The position numbers were made by a program, and so were the translations under genes. Under the pieces are notes generated by a model. It did no database searches. It was not told where the DNA came from and saw only the letters and a program-made list of their open reading frames with translations. A DNA stretch of 51,300 bases from Octopus sinensis. Lineage: Eukaryota. The stretch lies in contig NW_021834169.1 in assembly GCF_006345805.1 (NCBI RefSeq), forward strand, positions 1 to 51,300. Direction: 5' to 3'. Below are positions 35,717-48,289 of this stretch, one piece after another; the first letter of the stretch is position 1; every line of letters starts with the position of its first letter.

Positions 35717-37599
35717 GCTAACGTTGCTTGCCTGCTAACGTTTCTGCCTGCCTGCCTACCTACCTACTTGTCTGTCTGTCTGTCTATCTATCTATCTCAT
35801 GAACCAGTTTTCTCTCTTACTACATATCTACCGACTTATATTATTCAATAAGTCTTATGGTATACACCTGGTATTTTGCCAGTAAATTCGTTTCTTCTTG
35901 TATCTGATATTTGTTATGGATCTTCTGTACAAATGAATCTGTATACGGTAATTTGCCACTTCTATATACGAAAACCAAGAAGTAATCTTGCGAAACAGAT
36001 CTTATATTAACAAAATATATTGAAATCACCTGAGGAGACACATCTACACCGAGGAATACGCCTAAACCTAATGTTCAGAATCTCACCTGCGAAGGATCAA
36101 TGCTAGATTGGTCGGAAAAATTCTAGTGACCAATATTCTCGTATCTTCCACATTCCGTCTCTCATTTATGATACACACACACACAAACAAACAAGTATGT
36201 CAGCACCGGAGATTTTGCCCGTGGATCTAGATTAGATATCGTGTTGAAATTTGTCATTGACAGTATTACATACATACATACATAGCTATAGATATCATTT
36301 CCTACCATCCTAAAAAGTAAATCATATACTGTTTAATCAAGTTTAATTTCTGATGTGTTTGGTAAAAAAATACAATAAGACCGCCTGTACCTATAGGTTT
36401 GCTCGATCAGAGCTGGGTTAACCCTTTTCAGATTTACTGTGATATGAAGCAATAGGCAAGACAACAGAATTTTCCTTCTTTTGTGACTGATCGACTGGCT
36501 GCAACTGATGGGAAACGTAAATAATGTGAGAGTGCCTACGTTAAAGGATAAAGAGGGAGAAGCATCAAAGATCAGGCATGCAGACTCAGCTAATCTTCCC
36601 TATCCATCCTTAAAATATACTTTACTTTACAAATTCTTTGATATTATATATTATTAACAATGGAATAACTTGTGGTATTGTCACGGAACATTTTTAATTA
36701 TTGTTCAGTTGTGACTTGTTATATATTGGTCTCAAATTTTGGCACAAGTCCTGCAGGTTTTGGGGAGGGAGCTATAGGCTTGCTTTGTAAGGGCTGGGGT
36801 AACCCCTTCAGACTTATAAATTTGAACTTAGGACATATGGCTTCCTACTAAATATTGTAAGTTGTTTCGCCTAATATTCTAATGATCAGCTAATCCACGC
36901 CAATCTGAAGAGAGTCGCCCGGCAATTTTTACCGTATAAAATTATTTGATTTATTCTCATCTAAGCTACTTCCACACGGATAATCAAAGCTGTATTTGTA
37001 CTTTAAATAATCATCCATAATGTTTTCACACAATTAACTGTTGCTATGGTCAGGGAGCGATTTTAAAAAAAGTATAAAATAAAAACAAAATGTCTTCTGT
37101 TTTGTTTTCAGTTTAAATATTTAATATTTTTCGTCTGTCTCGGCGCCAAACCAAGACATTCTTTCATATTTCACAGATTATTTTCTTCATCAAACGTGGA
37201 ATTGTTTATTTTTCTTCTATTATTGTCTGGAATAGTTTGAAGTTTGCGACGAAAAGTTGCTCATTATAGATCTAAATATTTTAAAAAAAAATTAATTAGA
37301 ATTCTTTATAAATTACCTTTATTAGTCGGTGGTTGAGTAACTTTTTTTTTCATAGTGACTGTATCAAATTATTATGTAGTCACTAACATGTAGTTATGTG
37401 TACTTTAAAGCTTTTATTTCTAGTTTATTTATTATGATAACACTATAATAACTTCCTGAATGAATGTCTAGACTGCCTGGCCAATACAGTCTCGTTTACA
37501 ACCGCTTGCATCAATTTTAAATCATTTTAGGAATTGAGAATATTTTGTTTTCTAGAGAAATTAAAAGCGAATGATGTTTCATTTTTAGTCTGTAGTATC

Positions 37600-38222
37600 A
37601 GGAAGGCGATGAGTTGGCAGAATCGTTTGCACACCAGGCAAAATGATTAATAAGTATTTCTTCTGTCTCTACGCTCTGAGTTCAAATTACGCCGAAGTCA
37701 ACTATGCCTTTTATTTTTTCGGGGTCGATAAAATAAGTACCTGTTTTTTTTATTACCCACCAGGGGCGAACAAAGAAGTGACAATACAACCTGATTTGGG
37801 GTCAGATTCACGAATGATTTTACACAAAGGATAGAATAAGTACCGGTTGAGCACTGGAGGCGATATAATTGACTTACCACTTCTCTCGAAATTGCTGAAC
37901 TTGTGCCACAATTTGAAACGATTATATAATAGCTGAAAGGGGTGAGCTGACAGGCAAAGTGCTTAAACAGCATTTCGTCTATCTTTTTGATCTGAGTTCA
38001 AATTACGCTGAAGTCAGGTTTGCCTTTTATTTTTTGGGGGGTCGATAAAATAAGTACAAGTTGAGTACTGGGGTCGATGTAATCGACTTACGTCCTTCCT
38101 CGAAATTTCTGCCGTTGTGGAAGCATTTGAAATCATCGTATAACACCAGGGAGGCGGCGAGCCGGCAGAATCGTTTCCACTCGGGAGAAATTGCTTAACG
38201 GCATTTCATCCATGTTTAGGTA
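37600..38222 (+). mobile_element. Cluster of diverged family-B SINEs (three heads)
   Basis: Heads at about 37600, 37935 and 38150; ctgagttcaaattacgc B-boxes in the first two. Confidence 0.8.
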
Positions 38223-38224
38223 GT

Positions 38225-38545
38225 GGGTGGCGATTTTCTTCCCTACTTCAGGGAGTGACATCTCTGCCCGACACGAGTCCCGGGTTCGGCTGGCTCCGGC
38301 TGACAGTACCCAGTATGGGCCCCTATCCAGGTTTACGGAAAGGAGACAACTTCCAAAAAAATCCGGAGTGGAGCCCCGTAGGCGGTTTAGTGTTCGACTC
38401 GACACTCTTCCACCAGCTCCTGCAACCAAGCTGGTGCCAAACGTAATGCTCTGCATTCCTTTGGACTACATCAGCAAAGTCAAGAGAGGAATCCCGACGA
38501 TTGGGCTACCCAGGATTATCTTATATCTAGCCCAGGCCTGCTTAT
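38225..38545 (+). mobile_element. Probable RTE-clade LINE 5' region fragment
   Basis: aaaaatccggagtggagcccc and caaccaagctggtgccaaacgtaatgctctgcattcctttggac resemble RTE 5' regions as I recall them; GC-rich. Confidence 0.45.
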
Positions 38546-39225
38546 AGTAAGTTGAAAGAATTATTTCATCGAAACGATAAGAGGTGCATAGGCCCTAAAC
38601 ATGCTTGAACAAGTTACCTTATATATCTATTTACAAATTTGTCTCTAATTAGAGGCATCACACCTACGAGATACGCTATTTATCTGATATCTTCGAATAA
38701 AGATAAACGTAAGAATTATTTAATTTGATATTCCAATGATAATTTAGTTTACGTATGTTTTACATAAGATTTGCCGATAAAGCGGAATAAAACTGGAATT
38801 AAGTTTTTTAATGTAAATATTTTAAGCAACATCCTGTTGAGGGACGTTTTTAAGATAGGAAGGTCCTCGAATTAATTATGTTTATTTACAGTTTGGGATT
38901 CTGTTTCATGGCATTTCATTTTAATGCTGTGTTTAGTTAATGTTTGCGGCTCAAGTTTGAAAATATACATGTCAGATACGTACGGGGATAGAGGAGCAGT
39001 GAATACGGGAAAAAATACAGAAAATAAAAGCATGCGGCCGCATAAATACGTGTATGTGTGTACATATATATATATATACACGCATAAAAATAGGTAGATA
39101 GGTAAGTAGATAGATAGATAGATAGGTAGATAGATAGATAAATAGATAGGCAGACAGACAGGTGGGTAGGCATGAAGGTAGGTAGACGTATAAATTGATG
39201 GATGGATACATTCATACATACCAAG

Positions 39226-39275
<50 letters not shown>

Positions 39276-39343
39276 GTATTCACACACACGTAAAATATAT
39301 TGTGCTTACATATACGTGGAAATTAAGAGTATACACATACACA

Positions 39344-39399
<56 letters not shown>

Positions 39400-39492
39400 A
39401 CGCGCAAAGAGAGAGAGTGAGAGAGAGCTGGAGAATTGGGAGAGATGTAGAATATGAGAAAGAAATTAACTGCACAAATATATATCTGTTGC

Positions 39493-39548
<56 letters not shown>

Positions 39549-40094
39549 TACATACATGTATGTATATACAAATGCATGTATGTATATATGTTATATATAC
39601 AAACATACTTAGGTGCATATATATGTGTGTGTATAGAGAGAAAGAAAGTGGGGCTATATACCATACACATACTTACGTCAGCACATATATGTATGTGTTT
39701 GTGTGTATTCGTCTGTAGATAGACAGACAGATAGAGAGAGGGAGAGATCGGTGAATGAGAAAGTGGAGTTGAGAGGAGAGGAGAGAGAGCGCGCAGTATA
39801 ATTCATTGCTCTTGGGAGGCGATTGGAGTTGTTTACATTCAAGAAAGTTTATCGTTTTGTTCGTCTGATTATTTATAAATTTACCGATTTAATTACTCAG
39901 GATTAGTGCATGTGAACCTCAAGTGTTGACGTCTTTTTACTATAATAATAACTTGCTTAGGAATCACTCGCAAGAGACTAGGTTTCGTAGCTTGTACCAC
40001 GCTTTCGCTACCTGTTTTTCGGGCCCCCTATGTGACCGCCTGTGGATAGAGACGCTGTTTGAACCCTGTCAGGTATGATCCGGTGGTTGATTGG

Positions 40095-40797
40095 GAATAT
40101 AGCAGAGGCGACTGAAGCTGCATCTGCACTTGGTTTGAATTCATTGTCAGAGATGAAATGATGTACCTTCATCTACAACACACTATGACACCCGGGATTT
40201 CCAGGCAAGATGGTTTAAATATGGTTTCTGATTATAAATATCTTGGGTCATACATATCATCATCTGGAAAAGACTTTCTAACTAGAAAGGGTATGGCCTG
40301 GTCAGCCTGTAATGACATGCATAAGATCTGGTCATCAAATCTAAGTAGAGACTTCAAACTTGAAATATTCAAAACCACAGTTGAACCAATTCTACTATAT
40401 GGCTTAGAAACCTGGACGTTATCAAAGAAGCTCGAGAGGCGGTTGGATGGAACCTACACTCGCCTCCTTATGAGAGCTCAAAATCTCTCGTGGAAGCGCC
40501 ATCCAACCAAAATGCAAATATATGGGAAACTGCCACCTGTATCGTCCCTTGTGAAAGGTAGAAGAGTCCAATTTACTGAACATTGTTGTAGAGCTGAAAA
40601 TGAGGCAATTTCTCCTCTTCTCCTCTGGAAGCCATCTACTTGCGATACCAGAGGGTGCACACTCTCCTACCCTGATGTAATCTCCAGGGATACAGGCATC
40701 CAGCAACAGGACCTCCGTAATGCTATGATGGACCGTGAAGTCTGGCATAGCAAAGTAAATTCCATTGTCTCGACCACGGTCGAACAATGATGATGAT
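40095..40797 (+). mobile_element. 5'-truncated RTE-clade LINE: end of RT, thumb/C-terminal region, (TGA)n tail
   Basis: ORF 40158-40790 with DYKYLGS, ILLYGLETW, RLDGTYTRLL, RRVQF and DREVW motifs; stop merges into tgatgatgat; frameshifted AASALGLN upstream. Confidence 0.9.
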
Positions 40798-40980
40798 ACC
40801 CGGTCAGTCCTGAAGTCAAATCCACGAACTTATGGTCGTGGGCCAAAAACCATAACCAACAGACTGTGCAACACACACACACACACACACACATGTACAT
40901 ACATATTGATGTGTGTGTGTGTGTACAGAGAGAGAGGGGCGGCGTAAGTGTGTACAAATATATATATATCCAAATATGCA

Positions 40981-41143
40981 TAGGCGCAGGAGTGGGTTTG
41001 TGGTAAGGAGCTTGCTTCTCAACCACATGGTTCCGGGTTCAGTCCCACTCTGGCATCTTGAGAAAGTGTCTCCTACTATAGCCTGAGGCCGACCAAAGCC
41101 TCTTGACTGGATTTGTTAGATGGAAACTGAAAGAAGCCCGTTG
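40981..41143 (+). mobile_element. SINE family A head/core
   Basis: taggcgcaggagtgg..ccgggttcagtcccac..gaaactgaaagaagcccg. Confidence 0.88.
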
Positions 41144-41742
41144 TGTAGATATATATATATATATATATATATACATACATATAGACACACACACGCCTCT
41201 CTATGCTCTGAGCTCGAATCGCACTGAGGTCAACTTTGCCTTTCATATATTCAGAATCGATAAAATAAAATAATGGCTTAAGTTCTGGGGTTGATTCAAT
41301 AGAATTATCCTCTATCCTCAGAAATTCTTAGCATGGAATCCCAAATGGACTGGCACCCGTTCAGTGGGATTGTTCCGATGTCGGTGAGTTATACAGCAAG
41401 GAAATCGGTTAACTGGGTCTGTGAGTCTTAGAGCTAAAGAAAATTAGAAGAAAACTTTTCAAAAAATGTCAATCACGAGGCACAGGGGTGTTGTTTCAGT
41501 CGTATGGTACCACACTGTGGGAACGAACCCTGGAGTTTAGGATTGCGAATCGATCTTCTGGCCATACATAAATGAACTAAATTGGCAAGTCATTTTTAAC
41601 ATGTATTATTTTTGTAGCGTCTAATTCGTCTCTTGTCGCATTTTTGTTGTTTTGAACGGAAATTATCTTTAACACGATTCCACACTTACCGTTTCTCCTC
41701 GTACATTATACAATTCTATACTATCAAACACATAAACCGATA

Positions 41743-41773
<31 letters not shown>

Positions 41774-41864
41774 GCGCGCGCATATACAGAAACATACACA
41801 GATACACTCATACATGTATGTTGTATATTTTCCCCTCTCAGATTCACACACTTATTGCAGCGCT

Positions 41865-41978
41865 CTTTCAGAAAGGCAAAATCGACCTCGGCGGAATTTG
41901 AACTCAGAACGTAACGGCAGACGAAATACCGCTAAGCATTTCGCCCGGCATGCCAACGATTCTGCCATGTCGCCGACT
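41865..41978 (-). mobile_element. SINE family B 5' half
   Basis: aggcaaaatcgacctcggcggaatttgaactcag..gattctgcc. Confidence 0.88.
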
Positions 41979-41990
41979 TATATAATAATA

Positions 41991-42035
<45 letters not shown>

Positions 42036-42052
42036 AACTACATCCGTAAGTG

Positions 42053-42322
42053 AAGAGGCGTGGCCTAGTGGTTAGGCTGTAGCAGTCACTATCACTAGAT
42101 CGTGGGTTCGATTTTCAGCGTGGGCAGCGCGTCGTGTTCGTGAGCAAAACATGTTGCTCCAGTCCTGCTTTCGATGAGGATTGTGGTGGTGATGGGGAAT
42201 GTTGACCTGTTCGCTTAGCCAGTGGGGTAGCGTCATTCGAGGGGCCAAAACAGTGCAAAAACGCACTGTGACCAGTGATGTGTAACAACATCGGATAGCC
42301 TGGCCGGTCACGGTGATCATTT
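42053..42322 (+). mobile_element. tRNA-headed SINE (family E)
   Basis: A-box tggcctagtgg, B-box gggttcgattt, CORE-like gtgagcaaaacat; single copy here. Confidence 0.7.
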
Positions 42323-42499
42323 CGGTAATGGTCTCACTACGTCACCCCACAACGCCGCGCTATACCGCACAACTTATTAAAGAGTGCAATCGTTAATTTT
42401 ATCTTTGTTTTTTCTTTTCTTTATAAGACCACAGTTTCTGTGTTGCCACATCATCGAACATCATTGTGGCATTGTACATTGGAACTCTCCTACTTCCTC

Positions 42500-43060
42500 T
42501 CTTCATTTACCCCAAGCCTGACACCAGCACCGAAATAGCGACAACATAATATCAGATACTACACCACTTCCTACTGTAACGACGACCACCACCACTACCA
42601 CCACCACCACCACCACCATCGTAACCAGAGTATCGTCATCCCTACCTTCTACGTCCCTTACTACCATGACCATCATCATATCATAATCAGTAACACAACC
42701 ACCACCATCATCATCATCATGAACCTCATCACACGTCATAAATCACCATTTTTGGCATCATCATCATCATCATCATATCATTTTTGTCAGTATCATCATC
42801 ATCAGCAGCAGCAGCAAAACCACCACAGTCAACATCACCAGTATCATCGTCATCATAAATATCGTCACCTTTGATGGCGTCATTGACCGTCAACACCACC
42901 GCTGCTACTACCACCACCATCAACATCGTCATCAACATTACTACTACCACCACCACCATTATCATCAACATCTTCGTCATAACCATCATCACCAAGAAAC
43001 AAACATCATCTTCTCTATATTCAGTATCGCCACATTTACCACTAACATCATCGTCATCAT
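42500..43060. repeat. Degenerate (CAT)n/(CAC)n low-complexity region
   Basis: Direct reading. Confidence 0.9.
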
Positions 43061-43062
43061 CA

Positions 43063-43590
43063 TCATCATATCTTCTCTACAACCAGCATCACCACCAACG
43101 CAGCCACCACCATCATCATCATCATCTTCTCTACAATCAGCATCACCACCAACGCAGCCACCACCATCATCATCATCATCTTCTCTACAATCAGCATCAC
43201 CACCAACGCAGCCACCATCACCATCATCATCTACACTACAACCAGCATCACCACCAATGCAGCCACCACCATCATCATCATCTTCTCTACCATCAGCATC
43301 ACCATCAACGCAGCCACCACCATCATCATCATCATCATCATCTACTCTACAATCAGCATCACCACGAACGCAACCACCATCATCATCATCATCATCTTCT
43401 CTACCATCAGCATCACCATCAACGCAGCCACCACCACCATCATCATCTACTCTACAATCAACATCACCACGAACGCAACCACCATCATCATCATCGTAAT
43501 CACCATCTCCTCTACAACCCGCATCGCCACCAACGCACCACCCACCACCACCACCACCACCACCACCATTACCATCATGGTCATCATGAA
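43063..43590. repeat. Nine-unit minisatellite of 51-60 bp (tcttctctacaatcagcatcaccaccaacgcagccaccac(cat)n)
   Basis: Units counted from the LLYNQHHHQRSH(n) translation. Confidence 0.95.
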
Positions 43591-43900
43591 ACTTCGCTGC
43601 AACATCACATGCTGTGATGTTGCATAGAATTTCCGCGCATATTTTTAACATTTACATTTCACGGTGTTTAAAAGCAAAACGCTGTTCTCTTGCATTGTTA
43701 AAGAGAGAACAAGAAAACAGCAATAACAACAACAACAACCACTACAACTACAACAGCAACAACAGCTAAAATAATAGTAGTAGCAACAACAATGAACTGA
43801 ACGATCTAAATCTAGTCGGAAAATATATATGCAAAGAAACCAAGGTAGACTTTAATCTGAGGGTCGCGGGTTCGTGCTGCTCTGCGGGTGCATAATCGTT

Positions 43901-44052
43901 TAGGCGCAGGCATAGCTGTGAGGTTAAGGTACTCGCTTTGCAACCACGAAGTTTGCGGTTCAGTCCTACTGGTACCTTGCCTTCAGCTTTAGTCTCCGGT
44001 CTGACGGAATCCATGTGAGTGGAATTTGGTAGATGGAAACTGTGTAAAACCT
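43901..44052 (+). mobile_element. SINE family A head/core, diverged
   Basis: taggcgcaggcatagctgtg..ggttcagtcc..atttggtagatggaaac. Confidence 0.8.
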
Positions 44053-44063
44053 TATCGTTTATA

Positions 44064-44428
44064 GGAGGGTGTTCGCTGAAACGCTTCTGGCTTTAAGGGT
44101 ATTGCGAAATGTCTGTCTGGAAGTCAAACCTTGCGAGTTCTTGTACAGGACTTGGAAAACTGAAGGACCGCAGCAATGAGAGTGAATGTGAGAGAGGAAT
44201 ATGTTGAATAAAATCAATAATATATATATATATAAATACATATAGACGTTGGGGTACTGAAAGGTCTCTGGCTTTAAGGGTGTCGCGAAAAGCCTGGTTG
44301 GAGGCCCAACCTTCCGAGTTCCTTTACAAGGCTTAGAAAAACTGAAGGATTGCTTCAAGAAGTCTGGGAATCTGAGAGAGAAATATGTTGAATAAAATCA
44401 CAACTAACTGATCCACCTGTATTTTTAT
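44064..44428 (+). mobile_element. Two tandem partial copies of the 1701-1916 mariner MITE family
   Basis: ggctttaaggg..ggaggcccaacctt..aatatgttgaataaaatca matches the reverse complement of 1701-1916. Confidence 0.8.
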
Positions 44429-44439
44429 TAATTCATTGC

Positions 44440-44680
44440 ATTGTATTCCATACGTGAGACGTGTGACAGCATGGTAGCATAAACCCGAAAGAGTTCGGGA
44501 ATAAAAAACAAACAGCAACAAAAAACATCAACAAACAGGAGATACAATAAAAAAGAACGGTCGTTCGACGTTTCGGAATGTAGTCCTTCGTCAAATATTG
44601 AGAGGATAATATGAGAGAGGAAAAATAATGAATGCTTGGCTTTGATGCATAATTTGTCTGCATTAGTTTCAGATGTGAAT
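44440..44680 (-). mobile_element. Possible Penelope-like terminal-repeat fragment
   Basis: Minus strand TGACGAAGGACTACATTCCGAAACGTCG, a PLE-type degenerate hammerhead signature. Confidence 0.4.
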
Positions 44681-44682
44681 GA

Positions 44683-45092
44683 TTTACTCTTTACTCTTTT
44701 ACTTGTTTCAGTCATTTGACTGCGGCCATCCTGGAGCACCGCCTTTAATCGAGCAACTCGACCCCGGGACTTATTCTTTTTGTAAGCCCAGTACTTATTC
44801 TATCGGTCTCTTTTGCCGAACCGCTAAGTAACGGGGACATAAACCACCCAGCATCGGTTGTCAAGCAATGCTAGGGGACACACAGACACACAACAAACAC
44901 ACATACATATATATATACACATATATACGACAGGCTTCTTTCAGTTTCCGTCTACCAAATCCACTCACAAGGCATTGGTCGGCCCGGGGCTATAGCAGAA
45001 GACACTTGCCCAAGATGCCACGCAGTGGGACTGAACCCGAAACCATGTGGTTGGTTAGCAAGCTACTTACCACACAGCCACTCCTGCGCCTA
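44683..45092 (-). mobile_element. SINE family A, full length, young subfamily
   Basis: Complete element with most young-subfamily diagnostic bases. Confidence 0.95.
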
Positions 45093-46424
45093 TTTAGTTC
45101 AGTTCTGAAACCAAGAACTCGTCAAGCTCAATAATAATCGTTTTTTCTCTACTAAAACACTTTTTTTCATCCGTCTCCGTTTCACAAATTTTCTTTCCGG
45201 GTATATTTTTTTTTCCTAACGTAGTCTCATTTTTAAATTAGTTTTTACTATTGTAAATATATTTCGTAATTATTTTCCCCCTCCTCTTCTCAACTGTCTC
45301 TTATCTAAGTCTCTGTTATATCTCTATATGTCGCTATCAGAAAATAGATTATTATTTTTTTTCAAATATTTGTTCTGGTCTGTAGCTATTTGTATTAACT
45401 TCCAATTATCCATTTACTCTTTATTAGATATTTTCGTAGCCTTAGAGTAAATATTTCACAATAAATTTCTAATTGCGTTCGTCGTAATTATAATAGTTTT
45501 CTAATTGTGTATATTCGTAAATATAACCGTAAATATAATATAATAGTTTTCTAATTGTGTTCGTAAATATAATCTTTCTATATCGGCTTTATGGTCGTGT
45601 TCTAAATGCAATCTCTATTTTCCTCGGTTTCCATTTTAGCCGAGTAAATTCAATTAACCACCAGTTGAGAATACGATAACTGTAACTTATTAGAGAAACA
45701 GCTTGAGTATTCATATATTTTATCTTATTTTAGCATTTAACACTTTTCAAGCATTAAACCTAATCCGTTTACAATAGTACTTCCGCAACTTTTTCTTTCA
45801 TTCGTATACGTCTACCGCATTCTGTCTCTACCTCATTAATTCTTACGTATTTGTAAGTCTCTCTTTTTGCCTAATTCTCTTATCTCAATGTTTATCTAAC
45901 ATAATATTGTTTTATTTTCATTAGTTTACTTCGTTTCAAGGTAATATTGGTGCATTTATCCAATCCTAACCGAATTTCATTCTAATTTCCCCAGTGAGTT
46001 CTTGAACGACATCTGTATTATATCGCTTTAGGTCATCCATATCAGAAAGATAGTTAACGCAACGACACATGTATTTTATCGATGTCGGATGAATGAAAGG
46101 TAAAAGTTAATTCCCACCGGATTTGAACCTAACTAAGGAACACATTGCATTATATGTAACACTATAACGATTGTTAATCCGAGGTATCTGAATGTGTCAA
46201 AATATTGATCGCTGAAGAAGGATGGCCTCATTTGATCGAGACACCAGTTGAGTATTTACTTCATCGGTTTCGTTTGAGGAACCGCTTTATTTCGTTCCAT
46301 TGAACGAAATAAACCAGCACTTGTTCTCAAGTGGTGCGAGTGGTACCAACACACACACACAGACTCAGACACACACACACACACACACACACACACTTAA
46401 TTGAAAACATTAAGATTCTTTCAA

Positions 46425-46575
46425 TGGTGATTTCAAATGTAGCACACAAGACTAGCAGTTTAGAGGGAGGATATGTCAATTAAAGTCGCCTCAGTAATTA
46501 CCTAGTACATATTTTATCGATCCCAAAGGATAAAACTCAAAGTCAACCGCGGCGAAATTTAAACTCAGAACAACT
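46425..46575 (-). mobile_element. SINE family B, diverged
   Basis: tttatcgatccc..aaagtcaaccgcggcgaaatttaaactcagaac. Confidence 0.7.
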
Positions 46576-46807
46576 TCAGGGTGGAAAGATCAGCAACTAA
46601 ACTTCGAAGTGTAAGTTCAAATCATTTGAGCACGACTACGTGTTTTTCTATAGTATATTGAGCATCTCCGGACTTCATCTGTTGACTATCTATCTCTCTT
46701 CGTGTGTGTATGTATGCATGCATGTATGTGTAATATATATGTATGTATGTGTAATATATATATATATATATATATAATATATATATATATCCAGACATAC
46801 ATACATA

Positions 46808-47000
46808 CGAGTCCGTCCCAAAAATGTATACACACCTTTAGGAAAGGAAATCTGTATAAATATTTACTTGTATAAGTACCTCTATAAATATAGAAATCTC
46901 TTTCGATGTTTTATCAAATTGCAATAACATTGACTTTAAAATATTTATGCGGATTTTTCTTTTCTGAAGTGTGTATACATTTTTTTGTTTTTGGCAGACC

Positions 47001-47001
<1 letters not shown>
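46808..47001. mobile_element. Degenerate Tc1/mariner-type MITE, ~190 bp
   Basis: Inverted ends aaaaatgtatacacac..ttag / tgaagtgtgtatacattttt; TA at the left end. Confidence 0.55.
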
Positions 47002-47031
<30 letters not shown>

Positions 47032-47047
47032 AATAATAATAATAATC

Positions 47048-47485
47048 TTACTACAGGCACAAGGCCTGAAATTGGGGAGAGGAGATAGTCGATTACATCG
47101 ATCCCAGTATTCAACTGGTACTTAATTTATCGATTCCTAAAGGATGAAAATCAAAGTCGCCCTCGGCGGAATTTGAACTCAGGACGTAGCAGCAGATGAA
47201 ATACCAGCAGATTCTGCCAGCTCGCCGCCTTAATAAAATAATAAGTAAATGATGATGATAATAATAATAATTCTATTATAGGCACAAGGCCTGAAATTTG
47301 GGGAGAGGGGTTTTTTTTTCGATTACATTAACCCCAGTCTTTCACTGGTACTTAATTTATCGACCCCGAAAGGATGAAAGGCAAAGTCGATCACGGCGGA
47401 GTTTGATCTCAGAATGTATCGACGGGCGAAATACAGCTCAGTATTTCGTACAGCGAGCTAACAATTCTTGCAGCTCGCCGCCTTA
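47048..47485 (-). mobile_element. Two family-B SINEs (older tail type)
   Basis: aggcacaaggcctgaaatt tails; heads end gctcgccgccttaa. Confidence 0.88.
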
Positions 47486-48289
47486 ATAATAATAATGATA
47501 ATAATAATAATAATAATAAAGCCAATTCTTCTCAGTGGTGAAGTATTCCAAGAGCAACTCCCTATCAACAGCTCAACATTGTTTTGCAGTGAACACCTTC
47601 CTTTAATTAATATCTGAATCAAGCTGGGTTCAGATGCTAGTGTTAAGGCATTGAGACTCCCCGATTCCTGTTATAGAGATGGCCTGAAGCTAAAAAGCTG
47701 CAGATAATATCAATGAAGACGCTAGGGAAATTAGGAGAAAATTCCGTTTGGAAACTGCACTAACGTTACCTTGAAAAGCGCTAAATTAATTTTCAAAAGT
47801 AAAAAAATACTGCCCTATTTCTTATTTAATATTTAGTCTCATCGTAAATGATAAATAAGTAAAGTTCCATTTCTAGTCATATACCCATATAAGGACCATT
47901 TTCTCCGGTTTTTGTGGTGTATATATTTCCCCCTTAGAGGGGACTGAAGTAACGTAAAACGAAGTGAAGAACTTAACGTGTCATTCGGTTAAGGAATCGA
48001 AAGCAGAATCTTACGATCTTGGGTCCAACACGCAAACCACTAAACCACGCGCATCCATATGATAAGTACTCACTGGAAAACATAATGTCCACCATTTTGA
48101 AACCGTCTCACGACCTGCTAGAAATAGCACCCCGAATCACACTATATCATGTTGAAGATTATAGCATTGAATAATGTAGACCGGAGTACTTGTTATGAAA
48201 GCAACGGCAGGCTAATCGTGGTTAAAATATCTTTGAGTAATAGCTCTAATGGTTCTGGATTGACCCGGGGCTCAGCACCAACAATAATG

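Noticed and set aside
36030-36086. Minus-strand 57-nt open exon candidate (EILNIRFRRIPRCRCVSS)
   Set aside because: It is isolated, with no supporting minus-strand exons, and shows how easily chance exon candidates arise.
36432-36455. IYCDM fibrinogen-domain-like motif after an acceptor-like site
   Set aside because: An in-frame stop follows three codons later and there is no GGGW motif.
38133-38547. Overlapping 107-aa and 106-aa ORFs on opposite strands
   Set aside because: They are explained by the GC-rich TE fragment and have no recognisable domain.
42989-43651. 220-aa Asp/Gly-rich minus-strand ORF
   Set aside because: It is the antisense reading of the CAT/CAC minisatellite and starts at a non-ATG codon.
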